Origin: Salpingoeca rosetta | Taxonomy: Eukaryota > Protista > Choanoflagellata | Length of the DNA: 55,229 nucleotides | Reading direction: 5' to 3' | Assembly: GCA_033442325.1 (NCBI GenBank) | Contig: JAWQFM010000003.1 | Span: 1,834,497-1,889,725 of the forward strand | Shown: one piece after another, positions 49,251 to 55,229 of the stretch | Position numbering within the stretch: the first letter of the stretch is position 1 | How the letters are laid out: each line of letters begins with the position of its first letter | Notes under the pieces: model-generated | What the model was told of the DNA's origin: nothing | What the model saw: only the letters and a program-made list of their open reading frames with translations | The model's database searches: none | Made by a program: the position numbers and the translations under genes

Positions 49251-50497
49251 CAGTTAAATGACGAGGCATTTGGCTACCTTAAGAAAGTCATAGTTACTTC
49301 CGCCGTTGATCCCGCGCTTGGCTTGAATTTCTTCACGTTGACATTCTGAGCACTGGGCAGAAATCACATTGCGTCTACACCGTCGCAACAGCCTATCCTC
49401 GCAATGCTTTGTTTTAAGTAAACAGTCGGATTCCCCTTGTCCGTACCAGTTCAAGATCGGTTGCTAAAAAAACAGTGTGCGCAGAGAGTGAAGGTGCAAG
49501 AGCGGCATGCAAGCACACCCCCTTTCACCCCCACCCCCCACACACACAATCAACCTCTTGAGCCAATCCTTATCGCGAGCTTACGGATCTATTTTGCCGA
49601 CTTCCCTTACCTACATTCGTCTATCAAACTAGAGGCTCTTCACCTTGGAGACCTGCTGCGGTTATCAGTACGGCCAACCACGCCCACATGCAGCGGAGAA
49701 AATAGATTAGCACAAGTGCTTCTCTTCTTCCCCCCACACTGCTACCATTCACACCCTCGGATTTTCATGGACCGCCGGGAACGCGCCGGACACCACAACA
49801 AAAAAAGGTCAGTGGTGCTTTGCCGAGCCTCTCACCCCATCTCCAGCCAAACTGATTCCAGGGTCAGAGAATGTAAAGGAGGAAGGTTGAAGAGCGCAGA
49901 ATAAACTAACACTCTTCCCCCTACTCCTCCCCACAATGCAGCTCGTTAAAAAGAAAAGAAAACTCTTTCCAGGGCCCCCGGCAGCGTCTCCGAGTTTGTA
50001 CGCGTTGCCGCTGCTCTATCAAAACATTCTTTGTGGCGTGCGTTGGTCCAGGAATCTTAACCTGGTTCCCTTTCGATGGACTGGGGTAATCAACACGTGT
50101 GCAAGCATGGCGATAATATCACCACCACCCACACACGCGCAACAACTCCCCACTTGACACAGGACTGCCCCATCTCTTAGGACCGACTCACCCGTGGCCA
50201 ACTGCTGTTCCCACGGAACCTTGCTCCACTTCAGTCTTCAAAGATCTCATTTGAATCGTTGCTACTGTCACCAAGATCTGCACTGGAGGCCCCTCCACCC
50301 AGGCTCACGCCACAGGCTTCCACGGCTTGTTCAAAAGATTGCTCTCACGCAAACACCTCCACGCCCACCTACTTGTGTGTGGCTACATGTAGTTTTGAGA
50401 CGCAACAAGCACGAATGCTCGCTTCGCTCGCTTTCTTCCACACACAGCGGAGTATAGGTACGACGCTTGAGCGCCATCCATTTTCAGGGCTAGTTGA

Positions 50498-50531
<34 letters not shown>

Positions 50532-50774
50532 ATTCCGACTTCCATGGCCACCGTCCTGCTGTCTATATCAACCAACACCTTTTGTGGGTTCTCATGAGCG
50601 TCGATTCCGGCACCCTAACTCCGCGTTCGGTTCATCCCGCATCGCCAGTTCTGCTTACCAAAAATGGGCCCACTTGAGACTCGGTTATTCAGCATTGCCC
50701 GCTTCATAAACAAAGAAAGCGCGCCGCCTTACCCATTTAAAGTTTGAGAATAGGTTGAGGGAAGTGGCTCCCCC

Positions 50775-50805
<31 letters not shown>

Positions 50806-51762
50806 AACTAACCAAAAGATCAAAAAATAAGTCTCAGCTATCCTGAGGGAAACTTCGGTGGGAACCAGCTACTAGATGGTTCGATGAGTCTTTCGCCCCT
50901 ATACCCAAGTTCGACGACAGATTTGCACGTCATGATCGCTACGAGCCTCCACCAGAGTTTCCTCTGGCTTCGCCCTACTCAGGCATAGTTCACCATCTAT
51001 CGGGTCCTAACATCTGCGCTAAAACGCAAATCCTTCAGCGGAGGAGGTGGAAGCCACACAAAAGTGCTTTTCCCCCTCCCCCAATCCAGATCGGTCGATG
51101 GTGCTGCGAGTGCTGTTAAAAGTGTACTCACGCACACTTCCACAACACTGCATCCCACCTCTCACTTTCATTGCGCGCCCTAGCTTCATGCTCGCTAAAA
51201 CACTCGCGCACATGTTAGACTCCTTGGTCCGTGTTTCAAGACGGGCCGTTTGCAGCCCTGTCGCCAGCATCTCCCCGGTGGTGTGCGCCAAGCGGCAAGC
51301 GCAACATTCCCAACACCGCCCGCACACACTCTGTCAACAGCACAAGAGAACGAGTCTCCCTCATCCCAAAACAAGAGTCTGCGCAACACAATGCCGAAAA
51401 CAGCACCCATGCCAAAGACCACATAACAAAGCCACCGCATCGATAATTTCCTCAGTCCCGCGTGCGACAGAAACATAAAAAGCAGATGCGCCACGCACAA
51501 GGGCGCCCTCGCATCGCCGTCTCTCACACACAAAACTCATGCTGGCAGACACGCCCCGCGAGTGCAGGCAGCGCAGCACACAACAACAGCAACGCAGCGG
51601 CGCATATGTGCAACAAGTACACACAAAACACCCCCCGCACTATCATCACACACCACACCAAAAGCCCTGATCACAAGGCGCGCCCAGTCTCTGCTAGCTG
51701 CAAGCGATTCTCTGTCAACGGTTTCACGTACTGTTTAACTCTCTTTTCAAAGTGCTTTTCAT

Positions 51763-51796
<34 letters not shown>

Positions 51797-52114
51797 GTGC
51801 CAGTATTTAGCCTTGGATGCAGTTTACCACCCGGCTTTGGGCTGCATTCCCAAACAACCCGACTCAAGAGAATAAACGGACCACACACCGCACATCAGCG
51901 CAAATAATGTAGCACCAACGGGACTCTCACCCTCTCCGGTGTCCTCTTCCAAGGAAACTCGGTGCTGCGCCAAACAACAATGCACAACAAAAGCTGTGCA
52001 CCATCATAAAGACATGCGACGGCCCGCATCCCATAAAGACTACAACTCGCCACAAAAAAGAAGCTTGTGGAGATTCCAATGCTTGAGCTCTTCCCGCTTC
52101 ACTCGCCGTTACTG

Positions 52115-52148
<34 letters not shown>

Positions 52149-52195
52149 GTGATATGCTTAAGTTCAGGGGGTACCCTTGCCTGACCTGAGGTCAA
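47690..52195 (-). rRNA. 28S rRNA (~4.4 kb, expanded; N-gap at 48385-48484)
   Basis: 5' gacctcaggtcagg...ctgaacttaagcatatc; ttaaggtagccaaatgcctcgtc; sarcin-ricin loop agtacgagaggaacc; 3' agagtagccttgctgctacgatctgctgag. The 3' end is approximate. Confidence 0.97.
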
Positions 52196-53072
52196 CAGAA
52201 AAAAGTGAAGTGAGTAGAGGGGGAAGGGGGTTTGAGAGAGAAATTAAGCGGAATGAGGTAAATGGATGGATGCAGTCGTTTGTGCACATAGACTGCAACA
52301 AGTGCAGTGATGTGCACACACACAATGCTCCGTCCATCACTCTTCCAGGTTTCCTCTCTCTCACAAGTTTCCCTCTCTTCTTCATCAGTGTTTTTGCTCA
52401 CATGACCAGTGTCACAAAAGCCACATAAAGTTGCAAGCACACAAAGCACATGCCTCTTCACACACAGCATACACACGCTGCAGAACAACGATGCCAGTTG
52501 ACACATCGCTCCACAGCTTGTTGTATCCTGCTGCATATGCAGATACAGCATGCATGTGCTTGCCGTGGTCTCGCAACAACGGCACCCACACAGCGACAGT
52601 GTGTGATGACAACAGTATGAGAATAGAAGTGGGATGTGTGTGAGGTGTGAATCACATCGACAGCAACAACACAACGCACAAGGCATCGTATCATCGTGCA
52701 ATGCAATCCACATGCTCACACACAAACACCCACTCCTTCTTCATCACAGTCACCATCATCACAGTTATCATCGCAATGGAGTCGTAAGCTCTCCTCTTCA
52801 GAGTCCAGTCTCACACAATACACACACACAGCAAAAATGTGTGTGTGCACCGCATCGACTAACACCCCATGGCCACCAACAATGCACAGAGTGCAAATGA
52901 GATATGAGTGCATGCATGCGTGGGCGCTTCTTCATACTGCTACACAACAAACAAACACCACACCAACAAAGGTGTGCTGCTGCTGCTGCATAGTTGCAGT
53001 AATCAAATACACCCACACACATACTCACACCCTCATAAGCACACTAAAACGCATTGTCAATGAGATTGAGTG
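52196..53072 (-). other. ITS2 (~880 nt)
   Basis: Lies between 5.8S and 28S. Confidence 0.9.
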
Positions 53073-53257
53073 GCGACACTCAGGCAGACATGCCCGCACG
53101 CACAGACACGCACACAATGGCGCATGCCCACACACACAGGCGCAATGTGCGTTCGAAGATTCAATGATTCACGGAATTCTGCAATTCACACTACATTTCG
53201 CGTCTTGCCACGTTCTTCATCGATGCACGAGCCTAGAGATCCACCGTTGAAAGTTGT
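53073..53257 (-). rRNA. 5.8S rRNA
   Basis: caactttcaacggtggatctctaggctcgtgcatcgatgaagaacg...gtgaatcattgaatcttcgaacgcacattgcg...ctgagtgtc. Confidence 0.97.
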
Positions 53258-53929
53258 CTCATGGTTATTAATTTGGTTGTGTTGAATGAGATGTTGAGAT
53301 TGAAGTGAGGGTGGTTGCAGTGCGCATGTGTCATGTGTGTGTATTCCAACGCACAATGTTTGTTGGCACACACAAACACAACACATCACAACGCTCTCTC
53401 GCTCCCTCTTTCTCTCACTCACTCGTTTGTGGTTATCATGTATATTCATATGTCCACAGCACAGCACAAATCTTTTGGTTGCTGTTGCTGCAGCAAGATG
53501 CTTTCGCCCACACGGACATGTGTGTGCAATCGCAGCCGCTGCCACAACAACAATCCAAAACACACGTTTTCTTGCTGTGATCACTTCTTCTTCTTCTTTG
53601 CACGAGGCAAACAATCTTTACATCCACATCGCACACACACACAAGAACACTGCCATCGCAATGCAACACACACAACATGTGCTCCACTGCGACAAACACA
53701 ATGCTCATGCACGCATGCACATGCTTTTGCTTTGTTTTTGTCTTCATTCACACAATGCTCACTCCCACACACACATAAGCGTGCGAGAGCGATTTGGTTG
53801 GTTTGTTGGCTCAAGTTGGCTCAAGTTGGCTCGGTTGGCTCAGTCCAGTGTCTCCACCTTCCCTCACCATCCCTCACCAATTCTCGCCATCCCCTCACCA
53901 GCCACGCTTTTCAACGTTTTCCTTGTTGG
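53258..53929 (-). other. ITS1 (~670 nt)
   Basis: Lies between 18S and 5.8S. Confidence 0.9.
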
Positions 53930-53986
<57 letters not shown>

Positions 53987-54079
53987 AATGATCAAGTTTG
54001 ACCAGGTTCTCAGCAAAGAAACACATGGGCAGCTGTTGCCAGCGCCCACGCGCCAATCCCGAGGCCTCACTAAACCATT

Positions 54080-54125
<46 letters not shown>

Positions 54126-54660
54126 ATCAACGCAATCTGTTGAATTGCGCTTACTAGGAATTCCTCGTTCAAGATGAATAATTGCAAGCATCTATCCCCA
54201 GCACGACGGGTTTTCACAAGAGTCCCCACGCCTTCCAGCGCAGGAATAGATGTTTGTGAATGCAGAAAGCACAAGACTTTCCCCACCACAAACACCCAAA
54301 GCATACTCGCTGCCCCCGTCAGTGTAGCGCGCGTGCAGCCCAGAACATCTAAGGGCATCACAGACCTGTTATCGCCTCAAACTTCCTTCGGCTTACGCTC
54401 AATAGCAACGCCGAGTGTCCCTCTGAGTGGTGTGTCAAAAGACACGCTTGCGCGTAATCTCCAACGCCTACAAAACAGCAGGCGCACACCAATCAGCAAG
54501 TCAAGGTCTCGCCGTTTACCGTAATCAAACAGAGATTTCACAACAAAAGCTGGACGGCCATGCACCACCTCCCTTGGAATCAAGAAAGAGCTGTCAATCT
54601 GTCAATCCTTCCCATGTCTGGACCTGGTGAGTTTCCCCGTGTTGAGTCAAATTAAGCCGC

Positions 54661-54707
<47 letters not shown>

Positions 54708-55229
54708 ATCTTGCGATCATACTCCCCCCGGAACCCAAACGCTTTGGTTTCCCTAAAGGTCCCGATGGCGCCTCCATCACAGAATGATTTGTGCTGCCCA
54801 CCGAGCCCTGGCCGGCATCGTTTATGGTTAAGACTACGACGGTATCTAATCGTCTTCGATCCCCTAACTTTCGTTCTTGATCAATGAAAGCGTCCTTGGC
54901 AAATGCTTTCGCAGTCGGCGGTCTTTCGTAAATCCAAGAATTTCACCTCTGACAACGAAATACCAGTGCCCCCAACCGTCCCTATTAATCATTACTTCAG
55001 ACCCGATGTGGTGAGGGAGGAATAAGAAAACCTTGCGGTTTCTCACTCCACAATACCCCCGCACCACACGCCAACAGTACAGGCCCAAAAGTCCTCTTCC
55101 GTTGTTCCATGCTAATCTATTCAAGCAAATCAAATGACTGCCTGCTTTGAACACTCTAATTTTTTCAAAGTAAAGCCCCCAACAGCGCCCCACCACTACG
55201 TGACTTGACACACACCCAATCAAGGGCAC
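53930..55229 (-). rRNA. 18S rRNA, 3' 1.3 kb (runs off window)
   Basis: The reverse complement aligns to ~33174-34472. Confidence 0.98.

Noticed and set aside
1-55229. Hundreds of ORFs rich in HT/CV dipeptides
   Set aside because: These are translations of (CA/GT)n tracts in introns and spacers.

Overview
Eukaryotic, intron-rich DNA with abundant (CA/GT)n tracts and six N-gaps. The microsatellite-filled introns, the TPR family and the Cys-rich proteins suggest a choanoflagellate such as Salpingoeca rosetta (inference). The window has four zones. (1) 0.1-20 kb is a mosaic of mostly frameshifted, intron-retaining gene fragments: TIR/HET-like+TPR protein, PH domain, FANCD2, ubiquitin E1, WD40 protein, TNFR/GCC-type Cys-rich surface protein, WSC+GH3 glycosidase and exostosin. 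(2) 20-32 kb is non-coding, ending in a probable rDNA intergenic spacer with subrepeats, followed by a complete long 18S gene (+). (3) 34.8-46.9 kb is a gap-bounded island with GALNT and UBE2H exons, the RFWD3 WD40 region, and an apparently intact gene of about 1865 aa encoding 14 WD40 repeats, ankyrin-like repeats and a 6-TM TRP-type channel. Its two ORFs are probably joined by a 102-nt intron. (4) 47-55 kb is an rDNA unit on the minus strand (18S partial, ITS1, 5.8S, ITS2, 28S) whose 18S differs from the + copy in variable helices. The main points of interest are the WD40-TRP channel, the two 18S types, the NLR-like TPR protein and the microsatellite-joined fragment mosaic. Homology calls come from motif recognition, not from database searches.
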